Source: Octopus vulgaris
Taxonomy: Eukaryota
DNA length: 64,000 nt
Assembly (NCBI GenBank): GCA_951406725.2
Contig: OX597817.1
Location: forward strand, 25,172,001-25,236,000
Direction: 5' to 3'
Numbering within the stretch: the first letter of the stretch is position 1; each line of letters opens with the position of its first letter. A program made the position numbers and the translations under genes. Below the pieces are notes generated by a model. The model did no database searches, was not told the DNA's origin, and worked only from the letters and a program-made list of their open reading frames with translations. Of this stretch, positions 13,990 through 26,223 are shown piece after piece.

Positions 13990-14234
13990 CAACACTGGAA
14001 AGCAGTTTCTTTAATTCGGGGACATGATGAAAAAAAAGTCTTACTTTTGAATTTTTTTATACAGGAGTGGCTGTGTGGTAAGTAGCTTGTTTACCAACCA
14101 CATGGTTCCGGGTTCAGTCCCACTGCGTGGCACCTTGGGCAAGTGTCTTCTACTATAGCCTCGGGCCGACTGAAGCCTTGTGAGTGGATTTGGTAGACGG
14201 AAACTGAAAGAAGCCCATCGTATATATGTATGTG

Positions 14235-14269
<35 letters not shown>

Positions 14270-15045
14270 TTGTGTTTGTGTGTTTGTCCCCTTAGCATTG
14301 CTTGACAACCGATGCTGGTGTGTTTATGTCCCCATCACTTAGCGGTTCGGCAAAAGAGACCGATAGAATAAGTACTGGGCTTACAAAAAGAATAAGTCCC
14401 GGGGTCGAGTTGCTCGATTAAAGGTGGTGCTCCAGCATGGCCGCAGTAAAATGACTGAAACAAGTAAAAAAGAGAAAAAGAAAAAAAGAGAGTCCTCAGA
14501 GGTGGTTTTTTGGTTCTTTAAAATAAGCAGGTTTTCAAGCAAGGATGTGAAGCATCTTTTGAATCCTTAATACGAGGTTTGGTCTTAAAAAGGATCTTCC
14601 ATTTGGTGTTGCATTAATGCTGAGGGTTTTGTTGTTAGTCTCTTTTCAGTGTGCCAAAAAGTAGAAATATAGTTGTTGTATTTAGATTTAAATTTTCTCT
14701 CCACAGACTAAATAAATCATTTAGTCACTGTGTGATCACTGCCACCATTTGCTGTTACTTGCAATTTATAAACAACAGAAGATATGTCACAACCCTGCCC
14801 CAGAGGACATTTATGTTTATCTCTGCATGTGTATCCAGGACTTGCCCTAGTAATCGTTTGCTTATTGATATAGGACATTACATTGGGGAATTGGAACATG
14901 CAAATTTTAATGTTATGCATATTAAATATCTTATACCTATGGTGTTTTTAGGAAAGTGATTATCTTATAAAAGTAATAATTTTGTATCTATATGTATCCT
15001 AACATTTAGGGAGAAAGGTGGAGTAAACCATAAAATACTATGGGG
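13990..15045 (-). pseudogene. Penelope-like element C-terminal/GIY-YIG relic, interrupted by a family A SINE
   Basis: Minus translation SILWFTPPFSLNVRIHI..DNHFPK../KIFNMHNIKI..YTCRDKHKCPLGQGCDISSVVYKLQV..K*FI*SVERKFKSKYNNYISTF..KWKILFKTKP..KRCFTSLLENLLIL, continuing past the SINE as DFFSSCPR. Confidence 0.8.
14061..14492 (+). mobile_element. Family A SINE nested in PLE relic
   Basis: Near-consensus match to 3091-3501. Confidence 0.92.
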
Positions 15046-15192
15046 CCTATTCTTATGGGGGAAATTTTGATCTGCTTGCCTAGTCAGCGGGGTGGCCCCA
15101 TTTGAAAGCTAAAACAATACAAAGTGCATTGTGACTAGCAATGTATAACAACATACGATAGTCTGGTCAATCACATGATCCTGTGATGTGTG

Positions 15193-15229
<37 letters not shown>

Positions 15230-15243
15230 ATATATACATATGC

Positions 15244-15281
<38 letters not shown>

Positions 15282-16626
15282 ATAGATACTCCCTGCACAT
15301 ATAGTGCCTATTTTAACTATTTACAGTAGGTAAAGAAGGAAGAGGAGACAATGTGTATATTTAAATATGTAAACACTTATAATGGCAGTAAATTATACTT
15401 TTGTATTAATGTAATATGTATAATTTAATCAAATCAGTACTTCACTGAAAATATTTTATCCACCCAAATAGATAAAAAAAATAGTTGGGTTCAGCTAGGT
15501 TTGAACTCATGCTGTGAATGTTATATATCTAAATATTGCAAAGCTTTTTGTCTAACACTATCATATCTACAACTCAGTGCCCTTTGAATAACTACATACA
15601 TGAATTATATTCCTATGCTCACAGCCGGTATCTATTTGTTGGTATGTATGTGTATATAGATGTTGGAATGAATTTATGTAGCATACACATAATTAAGGAA
15701 GCAAATAATTGACAAAAACATTAAAAAAAAATAAAACATACCAAACTGTATATTGAATGATGATAAATAAATGAAAATAAATACATAAGCAAAAAAATAA
15801 TAAAAGTATTGTGGTAGGAATTAACAAACAATAATGCAATAATTTTCAATAATTTTGCTTCAACAAAGAATCCTGAAACACAATTCCACACATTGGTTTA
15901 ATGATGCAGAATGGTTATCTTCTCATCTTTCCATACTTCATATTCAGAAGCATCCATCAGTGATCCAGGATCTATAATAATCCAATTATGAGTTCATCAG
16001 ATTTCAATATAATTAATAACTTCTATGAAAAGGGCTCTGGATCATCAAAGTTAGATTTCTTTTTATCAAATCTTCTGATTTTATCAAATCCTTCATATTG
16101 AGTTTAGTTTTTTTTTTTTTGTTTTTTTTTTGTTTTCTCCTCTTTTTCTTAGAGCTTGGGGGGTGGGTGATATAAATGGTGAAAAACCAAGTGCAAGTAT
16201 GTTTCTATCATGTTTGAAAGGATGATTTCAATTCAGCATTCCAAGCTAATGATGCAGTTTGGCAAAGATGGAATTATATTAGATAGCTGCTATCACATGT
16301 TAGATGAAGCCAGCTGTCACTCAAATCCATTTGAAGGATCAACCTGCCATGGGCAATTTTTTCTTCTTTTTTTTTATGCTAGGAGAGCCAGAAAAATTTT
16401 CCTTTGTCTGTTGGATGTGATGGAAGAGGTAGTATGGGGAACAAGAGATTTTCTCTGACTAAACCCTTATAAATTTGTTTAAACATAAGTTAAAGTTGAA
16501 GGGGAGAAGACTGGGGTACACAGATAGATATAATGCCTGCTTTGAAGTAAAGTTTCAGAAAAGTAGATAAGACTGTTCAAATTGAATGTGAATGAAAGAG
16601 TCAACAGTCTTGAAAGAGTCAACAAT

Positions 16627-17037
16627 AGGCGTAGGAGTGGCTGTGTGGTAAGTAGCTTGCTTACCAACCACATGGTTCCGGGTTCAGTCCCACTGCGTGG
16701 CATCTTGGGCGTCTTCTGCTATAGCCCCAGGACGACCAATGCCTTGTGAGTGGATTTGGTAGACGGAAACTGAAAGAAGCCTGTCGTATATATGTATATA
16801 TATATGTGTGTGTGTATGTGTTTGTGTGTCTGTGTTTGTCCCCCTAGCATTGCTTGACAACCGATGCTGGTGTGTTTACATCCCCGTCACTTAGCGGTTT
16901 GGCAAAAGAGACCAATAGAATAAGTACTGGGCTTACAAAGAATAAGTCCTGGGGTCGATTTGCTCGACTAAAGGCAGTGCTCCAGCATGGCCGCAGTCAA
17001 ATGACTGAAACAAGTAAAAGAGTAAAAGAGAGAGAGA
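16627..17037 (+). mobile_element. Family A SINE with ~45-bp flanking duplication
   Basis: Full length; flanks 16569-16612 and 17039-17083 are near-identical. Confidence 0.92.
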
Positions 17038-17442
17038 GTAAGACTGTTCAAATTGAATGTGGATGGAAGAGTCAACAGTCTTGTGTGACATGGACTTAGG
17101 AGAGAGCAGATACAACTTGGGAGAGAGAATATACCTTGAATGGAGAATAGTCTGTGTTTCATGTACCCCCAAGCAATTTTTAAATTGCTTTCCCTCCTTT
17201 GTTTAACATCTGTTTTATTTCATAAATGCCGTACATGTATAAAAGCCTAAGCTGTGCATTTTTATACATGAATATCTTTGTGCACATTCGTGTGTGTATG
17301 TAAACAATACATAAATGCATGTGTACATGTGTGTGTATGTGTGCACACACATATGTGTGTGTAATTTCAGTTTAGTTTGTTACCTGCTTCTACTTTTCGT
17401 TTTCTTTACATATAAAAATTAACTATATATATATATATATAT

Positions 17443-17605
17443 AGGTGCAGGAGTGGCTGTGTGGTAAATAGCTTGCTAACCAACAACATGGTTCCGGGTT
17501 CAGTCCCACTGCATGGCATCTTGGGCAAGTGTCTTCTGCTATAGCCCTGGACCGACCAATGCCTTGTGAGTGGACAGAAATTGAAAGAAGCCCGTCGTAT
17601 ATATG

Positions 17606-17660
<55 letters not shown>

Positions 17661-17846
17661 TTGTCCCCCTAGCATTCCTTAATAACCGATGCTGGTGTGT
17701 TTATGTCCCCGTCACTTAGAGGTTCGGCAAAAGAGACCGATAGAATAAGTACTGGGCTTACAAAGAATAAGTCCCGGGGTCGATTTGCTTGACTAAAGGC
17801 GGTGCTCCAGCATAGCCGCAGTCAAATGACTGAAACAAGTAAAAGA

Positions 17847-17848
<2 letters not shown>
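17443..17848 (+). mobile_element. Family A SINE
   Basis: Full-length copy lying within (TA)n. Confidence 0.9.
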
Positions 17849-17884
<36 letters not shown>

Positions 17885-18076
17885 TCTAATTTGGTTGATT
17901 CAAAGAACCTTTGTAGTCCTATTATAGATATTTTGTTACAGTTTTCTATTTGCATCTGGTCTTGTCCTGGTTGACCAAATATATATGGTCTATGTCAATT
18001 TTTTAACTTCAGATTCTGAAAACCATCACTAGTTTCCTAGATTTTATTCTGTTTTGTCCAAGCTATCAGATAGCTT

Positions 18077-18413
18077 GTGAAGGCGCATAGCTCAGCAGTT
18101 AGATCGTCAAGCTTACGATTGTGAGATTGAGAGTTCGATTCCCGGACCGAGCTCCATGTTGTGTTCTTGAGCAAGGCACTTTACTTCAAATTTGCTCCAG
18201 TTAACTCAGCTGTAGGAATAAGTTGTGACATCACAGATGCCAAGCTGTATCGGCCTTTGCCTTTCCTTTGGATAACATCAGTGGTGTGGAGAGGGAAGGC
18301 TGGTATGCATGGGCGACTGCTGGTCTTCCATAAACAACCTTGCCCGGACTTGTGCCTCGGAGGGTAACTTTCTAGGTACAAACCCATGGTCATTCATGAC
18401 CGAAGGGTGTCTC
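18077..18413 (+). mobile_element. tRNA-derived CORE-like SINE (family E)
   Basis: GGCGCATAGCTCAGCAG head, B box GAGTTCGATTCCC, CORE-like GTTGTGTTCTTGAGCAAGGCACTTT; 14-bp TSD CTATCAGATAGCTT/CTATCGGATTGCTT. Confidence 0.85.
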
Positions 18414-18808
18414 CTATCGGATTGCTTAAATTCCTATGCATTATATTGAAGATGTATTTTACTTCAAGCATTAACTCCAGTTTTGAGCATTAGTTTGTCT
18501 CCTCTTAGCACTCTCTTCCAGTTTCCTGTTTTGTATTGTATTTTATAAGTTTCAATCATGCTTCTTATTAATAAGTGTTGGTGAATCTCATCTATTACTT
18601 TTAATCTTATAATCCTAGTTCTAGTTAGTTTATAAAGATGCTTTGACATGTATCTAATCCTGTATGTATCCTTATGTTTTAGTTGAATTTATGAATTGCT
18701 TTTTTTTTTTTTTCGTAGGATTCCCACTTTGTATTTATTGTTGATTTTAGTTTCCTTTTGTTGTCATCACTCTAGCATCCACATCACTGACTTTTGTTTG
18801 CAATTATT

Positions 18809-19022
18809 CTTTTCTCCTCTAGGTACAAGGCATGAAATTTGGGGGGAGGGGACCAGTCGGTTAGATTGACCCCAGTATGCAACTGGTACTTAATTTATCG
18901 ACCCCAAAAGAATGAAAGGCAAAGTCGACTTTGGTGGAATTTGAACTCAGAATGTAAAGAAAGATGACATACCACTAAGCATTTTTCCTGGTATGCTTAC
19001 ATTTCTGCTAGCTTGCCACCTT
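18809..19022 (-). mobile_element. Family B Meta-domain SINE (alternative tail)
   Basis: Meta domain plus tail CCTTGTACCTAGAGGAGAAAAGAA; TSD-like TGTTTGCAATTATT/TGTTTACAATTATT. Confidence 0.85.
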
Positions 19023-19585
19023 GTTTGTTTACAATTATTGCATGATGTTCGGACAAGGGCACACAAGTACACACTCATACTCGTACACATCCCCACATGC
19101 TAACACACACACACAAAAACACACATGCACACACACACACACACATGCACACATGTTGGCAAAGAATTTACTGCATGATTAAAAAGTTCATTTGTCAGTT
19201 TCAGTTGCAGTGCTTAGGGCAAGTTTCTTTAATTATAACCCCAGTCAAATCAAAGCCTTGTTTGTGAATTTTGGAGATGGAAACTGAAAATAGCCTGTCA
19301 TATATGAATGCATGTATATATGTATGCATGTATGCATGTGTATCTGTTGCCCACTACAAAAATAATAGGCTACATGTAATAATATTGTTGTTGGTTTTGT
19401 CAACAAATCGTCCACTTACTTCTGTGATGATCATTAAAGTTAAAAGTATCTCTTGCTTGAAAAGCAAGTAAGGGTTAGTGACATCTAGGGCATCCTACTG
19501 TAAATCAATGACTCAATAATGTATTCGCCTCATGTCAGAATGGAAAAAGCATAAAAATTGACAAACAAATATATAATAGAATTCT

Positions 19586-19818
19586 TATTTCTTTACTAAC
19601 CACAAGGGGCTAAACACAGAGGGGGCAAACAAAGACAGACAAACGGATTAAGTTGATTACATCGACCCCAGTGCGTAACTGGTACTTAATTTATCAACCT
19701 CGAAAGGATGAAAGGCAAAGTTGACCTCGGTGGAATTTGAACTCAGAACATAGCGGCAGATGAAATGCCGCTAAGCATTGCGCCCAGTGTGCTAATGTTT
19801 TTGCCAGCTTGCCGCCTT
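19586..19818 (-). mobile_element. Family B Meta-domain SINE
   Basis: Match to 13393-13620. Confidence 0.88.
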
Positions 19819-19923
19819 ATTCTATATAAGAATTCTATATAATAGAATTATTTCAGTTTTCATCAACTTAATCCACTGACAAGTTTTGGTTCTGCCAGGG
19901 CTAAAGTAGAAAACATCCACAGC

Positions 19924-20142
19924 AAGGTGGTGAGCTGGCAGAAATGCTAGCACACTGGATAAAATTCTTGGCAGTATTTTGTCTATCTTTACGTTCTGAG
20001 TTCAAATTCCACTGAGGTCGATTCTTTACCTTTCATCCTTTTGGGGGTCGATAAATTAAGTACCAGTTGCATACTGGGGTCAATCTAATCGACTAGCCTC
20101 CTCCCCAAAAAATTTGGGTCTTGTGCCTAGGGTAGAAAAGAA
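19924..20142 (+). mobile_element. Family B Meta-domain SINE nested in an old family A relic
   Basis: Meta domain present; flanks 19850-19920 and 20143-20220 are decayed minus-strand family A. Confidence 0.85.
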
Positions 20143-20427
20143 GATATCTAAGGTGCCATATGCTGAGACCTACTCCAAAACCATGTGATTGCAAAGTGAA
20201 CTTCGTAATCTCACAGTCATACAAAGATAGTTTTTAGTTTGTCCATAGCAACTGTACCAGTCATGGTTTTGTTCAACAGGTTTCTGTTTCACTAATATTA
20301 GGACTGAAAGATTTATGTAAAATTTCTCTGGCATCTCGGAGTGTGGGATATTATCAAATACCTTTTGTTAGTCAATCCAGGCTGTTGTCATTGCTGTTGC
20401 CACTTTTGTTTCATTATTATTATTATT

Positions 20428-20798
20428 GAGGATGTTTGCAAAAGGGACATGAAGGCCTGCAACATCAGTGTTAGCAATTGGGAAGCAGTTGCCAGTAACC
20501 GTGGAGATTGGCGACATACCGTAAAAGAGGGAATACAAAGGAGTTACAGAGAGAGAGAGAGAGAGGAGAAATGGAAAGACAAGAAAAGACGTCAACAAGA
20601 AACTATGACATTACAACCAGCCAGGAACAGTCTTCGCTACATTTGCGGTACCTGCCAGAGAGAGTGTTTGTCCAGGATAGGACTACACAGCCACAGCAGG
20701 AAATGTATCAGAACATGAAATGTAAAAGCCGGACTAGACTATTTTATGTGCAACTCCATTGTCTCCCGAGACAAAAAGGATGCCAACAACAACAACAA
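20428..20798 (+). pseudogene. RTE-clade (BovB-like) LINE 3' end
   Basis: DVCKRDMKACNISVSNWEAVASNRGDWRHTVKEG...YICGTCQRECLSRIGLHSHSRKC (C-terminal zinc finger typical of RTE), 3' hairpin GTCTCCCGAGAC and (CAA)n tail. Confidence 0.9.
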
Positions 20799-20895
20799 TT
20801 ATTGAGTGAGAAGGCAACTTGTGCTATCAAAGTGACACTGGGGTACAAATATACAAAGTCTAATATATCTATCATGACTACCTGTCTGATAAGGC

Positions 20896-20929
<34 letters not shown>

Positions 20930-20934
20930 TATTT

Positions 20935-21450
20935 TTGTTACAGGTTTTGTTGGAACTCCTGGAGTCTTGCATGCATAGTGGGCTTGATACCATGCAGCAT
21001 AGGGTACCATGCTATCCATTCTTTTCAGCTATCTAATACTTTCCTGATTATTTTGGCTATGCCAAGGAGGTAAACCTTTTGTAACAGTTCTACTACTGAG
21101 CACTCTAATCAAATTTCCTTTATATCCCTCTTGATACCTTCTGATACCATTCTCAAAGACCCAACAATGTTTGGCACTATCTTCACCTTCTTCATTTTCC
21201 ATAGCTGGGATGTTTCATACTTAAGGGAGTTGTATTTATTTTTTTGCTTACCTATTTTGCTATTCATTGGTCAAAGACACATGCAACATCGACTAAACAG
21301 CACATGTGGTGCAGCTTGTCAACCACTACTAGGTCTGGTCTGTTATGGTCTAGCACTTGATCTGTTTGGATTGGGAAATCCCAGAAGATTTTGCTAGTCT
21401 CTGACTCTGCCACTCTCTTTGGTTTGTGCTCATACCATGTCTTGCCTCTC
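20935..21450 (-). pseudogene. R4/Dong-type LINE, restriction-like endonuclease domain
   Basis: WYEHKPKRVAESETSKIFWDFPIQTDQVLDHNRPDLVVVDK..LVDVA (PD..D motif), then KYNSLKYETSQLWKMKKVKIVPNIVGSL..LLQK; 3' end abuts (TAA)n, the known Dong target. Confidence 0.9.
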
Positions 21451-21644
21451 TCTTGAGCAAGAGAGCAATGTGTGTCATTAAAGTGACACTGGGGTACAAA
21501 TATATGAAGCCCAATATAGCCATCATGACTACTCATCTGATAAGGGTAAACCAGGCACATGCATTACAACTGTATGTGTGCAACATGGTGATCTTAAATC
21601 AAAATAAACATTGCTATGATTATTATTATTATTATTATTGATGA

Positions 21645-22130
21645 TCTGGCAGAACTGTCAGCACATCAGACAAAAGCCTTTGCAGCATGTCTCCTGGCTT
21701 TACAATCTGAGTTCAAATCAGCCAAGGTTGATTTTACCTTTCCTTCTTTTGATATAGATAAATTTAGCAGTATCGCCCGGCGTTGCTCGGGTTTGTAAGG
21801 GAAATAAATATATAAGCATTTTTAGAGAGTTACTTCCCTTATATAACCCGAGCAAAAATCATTAAAAATGCGGAAAAATGATGGTAAATTTTTTTTTAAA
21901 TCGTAGACTCATCGTAGATGCGCGCTAATACCCAGAAGGGCTCGATATGAATGGCGACTATAAGATACTTGCTTTTGGTTAAACTGCACCGCAAAACGTG
22001 GGAGTAGTTAGGAATCTAAATCAGAGGAGACAGAGTCTCACACACACAACTTCAATTTTTTATATAAAGATAAGTATCTGTTGATCATTGGGGTCAAATC
22101 AATCATGCCCTAAAATTACTGGCCTTGTGC
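21645..22130 (+). mobile_element. Decayed family B SINE split by a Helitron
   Basis: CTGGCAGAA..GAGTTCAAAT..CCTTTCCTTC..GATAAA, then after the insertion TAAGTATCTG..GGGGTCAA..GGCCTTGTGCC. Confidence 0.7.
21763..22070 (-). mobile_element. Non-autonomous Helitron
   Basis: Minus strand begins TCTTTATATA after a host A; ends with hairpin CCCGAGCAACGCCGGG, a short spacer and CTAA(A) before a host T; no TSD. Confidence 0.8.
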
Positions 22131-22133
22131 CAA

Positions 22134-22400
22134 CATCATCATCATCATCATCGTCATCATTTAACGTCTGCTTTCCATGCTAGCATGGGTTGGAAGATTT
22201 GACTGAGGACTGGCGGACCAGATGGCTGCACCAGGCTCCAATCTTGATCTGGCAGAGTTTCTACAGCTGGATGCCCTTCCTAATGCCAACCACTCCGAGA
22301 GTGTAGTGGGTGCTTTTACGTGCCACCGGCATGAGGGCCAGTCAGGCGGTACTGGCAACTGCCATGCTCAAATGGTGTTTTTTTACGTGCCACCTGCACA
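22134..22400 (-). mobile_element. Family C retroposon
   Basis: (CAT)n on plus strand followed by the reverse-complemented family C body. Confidence 0.85.
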
Positions 22401-23494
22401 GTAAATTATTAAATAAATTATTACTACTACTGCTACCACCACCACTACTATTACTACCATCACAATTACTATTACTGCTACTGCTGCTGCTGCTGCTTCT
22501 TCAGAAGCACATTGCTGAAATCTGTGTATTTGAATTTATGTGTGCAGATTTTCCACAATATTTGTTGATCATCTCCAACCCACCTTTAATAGCAGCTGTG
22601 ATCATTATTATTTTTTTTTTTCTCTTTTGCCATAATACAAGAAAAACAAGAAAAAACTTAGTGTGTTGTGTCAGCCATCTCAACCAATCGACAATCTGGT
22701 AAATCAAATAACAAAAATAACTTTCCCAGCTAAAAATATGAAATAGAAATGAGCATAAGAGACAGCCATTTTGTGTTGTTTGATTAAATATTTTTAATCT
22801 TTTCATTTTGGTTTCCCTTCAATTGATTTTTTTTTTTTCTGCTGTCTGCGTTTATTTTTTTTATTTTTCATATCTGTTATGTAATCTATTGTTATTTTGT
22901 TACTATTGTTATGTAATTTTTGTTTTGTTTTCACATATTAATTCATATATTTGTTTGTCTATTCTTCTAAGCAATGATGGAGATAGTGACAGGAATGTTG
23001 GAAATGGTAGCAAAGGTCATAGTCTTTGTAGTGGGGGGTAATGATGGTTATTGCTTCAGTGCTGATGTTGCTATTGACAATAATTACCAAAATGGCATGG
23101 TGGTGGGGAGGGTACAGTAAAGTCTGCAAGGTAAGATGGCACTTGTTTGTGCTGGTAGTGGTAGTGGGGAGGGGGCACGGGCTACTTGTGGAACTTGAAG
23201 GTGTTGATTTGATGTGTTCATAAATTTGGTATATTAGTTCCTTCAAATTTTGGCACTGGGCCAGTAATTTCGGGGGAGGCAGGTAAGTTGATTATATTCT
23301 TTAATTCTTATATTTGTTTCAGTCATTTGACTGCACCCATGCTGGAGCACTGCCTTTAGTCGAACAACTTGACCCTAGGACTTATTCTTTGTAAGCCTAG
23401 TACTTATTCTTTCAGTCTCTTTTGCTGAACTGCTAGGCTACAGTGATGTAAACACACCTATTTTAGAACATGGTTGAGTCCAGAAAATAGTATT

Positions 23495-23976
23495 TGACTA
23501 CACCTCCATTTAGAGCACAGTTTAAGCTATATTTTTGTGGAAGAAGGATTATGTTCTTATAGCCTGTGTTAATTTTGTGTCCCTTTAAAAATGGAAAATA
23601 AGAAAGTTCATTTTCGGCACTTGATGCTTTGAGAACCAGACAAAAATTGCTGCAGCTCAGCTGGGATGTGTTACCCTACCCTCCACATTCACCAGATATT
23701 GCTCCTTTGGATCTCCACTTATTCATATCTCTGCAGAATAGTCTTAATGGTAAAAATTTCAATTCCTTGGATGACGTAAAAAGATATCTTGATGAAATCT
23801 TTGCCATGAAAGCACGTCAGTTCTGGGAAGAGGGTATTTTCAGGTTAAAGGAAAGATGGAGATGCATTGTGCAACAAAAGGTTTCATATTTGGTTGATTA
23901 AAAATGTAATGGCAAGTATTTATTGACCCTTTTCTTGCTTTTAAAAATTGGCACAAACTTTCCGGACAGCCCAATA
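23495..23976 (+). mobile_element. Internally deleted mariner (DD34D) element
   Basis: ATG at 23591 (MENKKVHFRHLML) joined directly to TRQKLLQLSWDVLPYPPHSPDIAPLDLHLF..GIFRLKERW (YSPDLAP motif); right TIR-like end ..ACTTTCCGGACAGCCCAA then TA. Confidence 0.9.
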
Positions 23977-24686
23977 ATAACATAAGGTAAGCTGAAAAAC
24001 ACAAGGGAATATAACTTCAGGAGAGAATCATCACCATTACCATCACTTAAAGTTTGTTTTCCATGTTGTTTTATGTGCTTTTTAAATGGCACCATCAATA
24101 ATACTTTTTACTTGTGTTACAACTTGAACTTATGACTATGTGTTATGTGTCATTCAGTCTATCACGTGCATGTGTGTATGTGTGTGTATGATGGTTAATT
24201 CTGATTGGTTCTTCTCCTTTCTATAAAACCTGCTGTTAATTGTTTCGCTACAATAAATGTTTTTTAAGCTAGTCTCATCTACAGCATGCGTTCGGTGTTC
24301 TGTTTTCATTAGGCTATAGCCTGAATTACATGTTAATGGAATAGGACTGGTACTTATTAATGTGTTATCTTGGTTTTAGGATATCAGGTTTCAGAATATC
24401 AAATGGTTAGAAAATAGAAAGAAAGAAATTGCTGTTGGTGTTAAAGAAGCAGTGAAGTGGCACAGTCATTAAAGCATTGGATAAAATGTGTTGTAGTACA
24501 AGAAAGGCTTCATTTCATGTCAATGTTACCATTTTCAAGTCTTTGTGAAACATCTATGCATGGTTTCTTTTTCTTTTGTTTTTGTATGCTGAGCATTTTG
24601 CCTCCAGGTTTTCTTTGAGCTATGCTAGTCTGGCTGACTTGGAGATACATGATAGGTTATCTAGAAGTAGTGCTTACCTCAGTAAG

Positions 24687-24821
24687 CCTCCATTTAGAGC
24701 ACAGTTTAAGCTATCATTTCATGGAAGACGGTTTATGTTCCTATAACCTGTGTTAATTCTGTAATCTTTAAAATGGAAGATAAGAAAGTTCATTTTCGGC
24801 ACTTGATGCTTTGGGAACCAG
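24687..24821 (+). mobile_element. 5' fragment of the same deleted mariner family
   Basis: Similar to 23503-23639 including the same junction TTGATGCTTTG(G/A)GAACCAG. Confidence 0.8.
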
Positions 24822-25009
24822 CTCACTTCCAACATCTAGGATATTGTTTTCTTTACTTTTCAGCATTAAGTTAATGTATTTATTTTTGCCGTTGTTGTTT
24901 AGTGAGTGTTGTCTGAGAGAGAGACTCTCTTCCCTTATCACTTCTTAGTTAGAGCTTGTATATAAAGGTAATGTTTTTCCCCACTTAAAAGTGAATGTTG
25001 TGTTAACTG

Positions 25010-25320
25010 GCACTTTGACAGTTACGATGACGAGGGTTCCAGGTGATGCGATCAATGGATCAGCCTCTTTGTGAAATTGACGTGCAAGTGGCTGAATACT
25101 CAAGAAACATGAGTACCTTTAGCATAGTTCTCAGGGAGATCCAGAGTGACACAGAATGCCATCTACAAATTGACTCACATTTGCAACTCCTTTTTCGCAG
25201 CTAAGTAGACTGGAGCAATGTGAAATAAAGTGTCTTCCTCAAGCACACAAGTTACCACCGGGTATCAAACACATAACTTTATGATCATAAGCCGATTATC
25301 CTAGCCACTAATCTACATGT
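25010..25320 (-). mobile_element. Decayed tRNA/CORE-like SINE with family D 3' module
   Basis: 3' part matches 3835-3975 in reverse; 5' part matches the head at 54454-54563. Confidence 0.75.
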
Positions 25321-25805
25321 TTGAGAGCTTAAGTGTTTGATAGATAGTAGATTTTAATATTAATATTAATTCTATCACTGTAAACAGAGAGGGAAACAAA
25401 GAATGATTTGTTATTTAGTTTTCACAAATATACTTCTTTTACATATATATTAATGAATTATTCAAGTAGATACATATGCATAAAAATATGCTGATATATC
25501 TTTACCTAAAACTACCAAATATATCTACAAAATAAATAAGAAGAAAATGACAAGAAAAAAGAATGATCTGCTTCTAATATTTCTGTTTATTATAAATCTT
25601 TAAAAATTGTATGGCATGATAGCCAAATCGGTCAATATTTAGCTTAGCTATGTTAGCTAAACATAACTTGAGTTCAAGGACAACAGCGGTGATTTGCATC
25701 TGTAAAAGACAGTTTGATAAGATTTAGAAAATGAAATAAGTTTGTATGCAATGAGTTTGGATCTAGCACATGACACTAAGACCTAACTCTCCTCACAATA
25801 CACAA

Positions 25806-26223
25806 CTCTCTCTTTACTCTTTTACTTGTTTCAGTCATTTGACTGCGGCCATGCTGGAGCACCGCCTTTAGTTGAGCAAATTGACCCCGGGACTTATTCT
25901 TTGTAAGTCCAGTACTTATTGTATCAGTCTCTTTTGCCGAATCACTAAGTGGCGGGGACGTAAACACACCAGCATCGGTTGTCAAGCAATGCTAGGGGGA
26001 CAAACACAGACACACAAACACATACATACACACACACATATATATATATACATATATACGACAGGCTTCTTTCAGTTTCCGTCTACCAAGTCCACTCACA
26101 AGGCATTGGTCGGCCCGGGGCTATAGCAGAAGACACTTGCCCAAGATGCCCCGCAGTGGGACTGAACCCGGAACCATGTGGTTGGTTAGCAAGCTACTTA
26201 CCACACAGCCACTCCTGCACCTA
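25806..26223 (-). mobile_element. Family A SINE
   Basis: Near-consensus reverse copy. Confidence 0.92.

Noticed and set aside
14705-14720. In-frame TGA inside a PLE GIY-YIG domain as possible selenocysteine
   Set aside because: A TAG follows three codons later, the copy is frameshifted, the TGA is not at a Cys position and I see no SECIS; simple decay.
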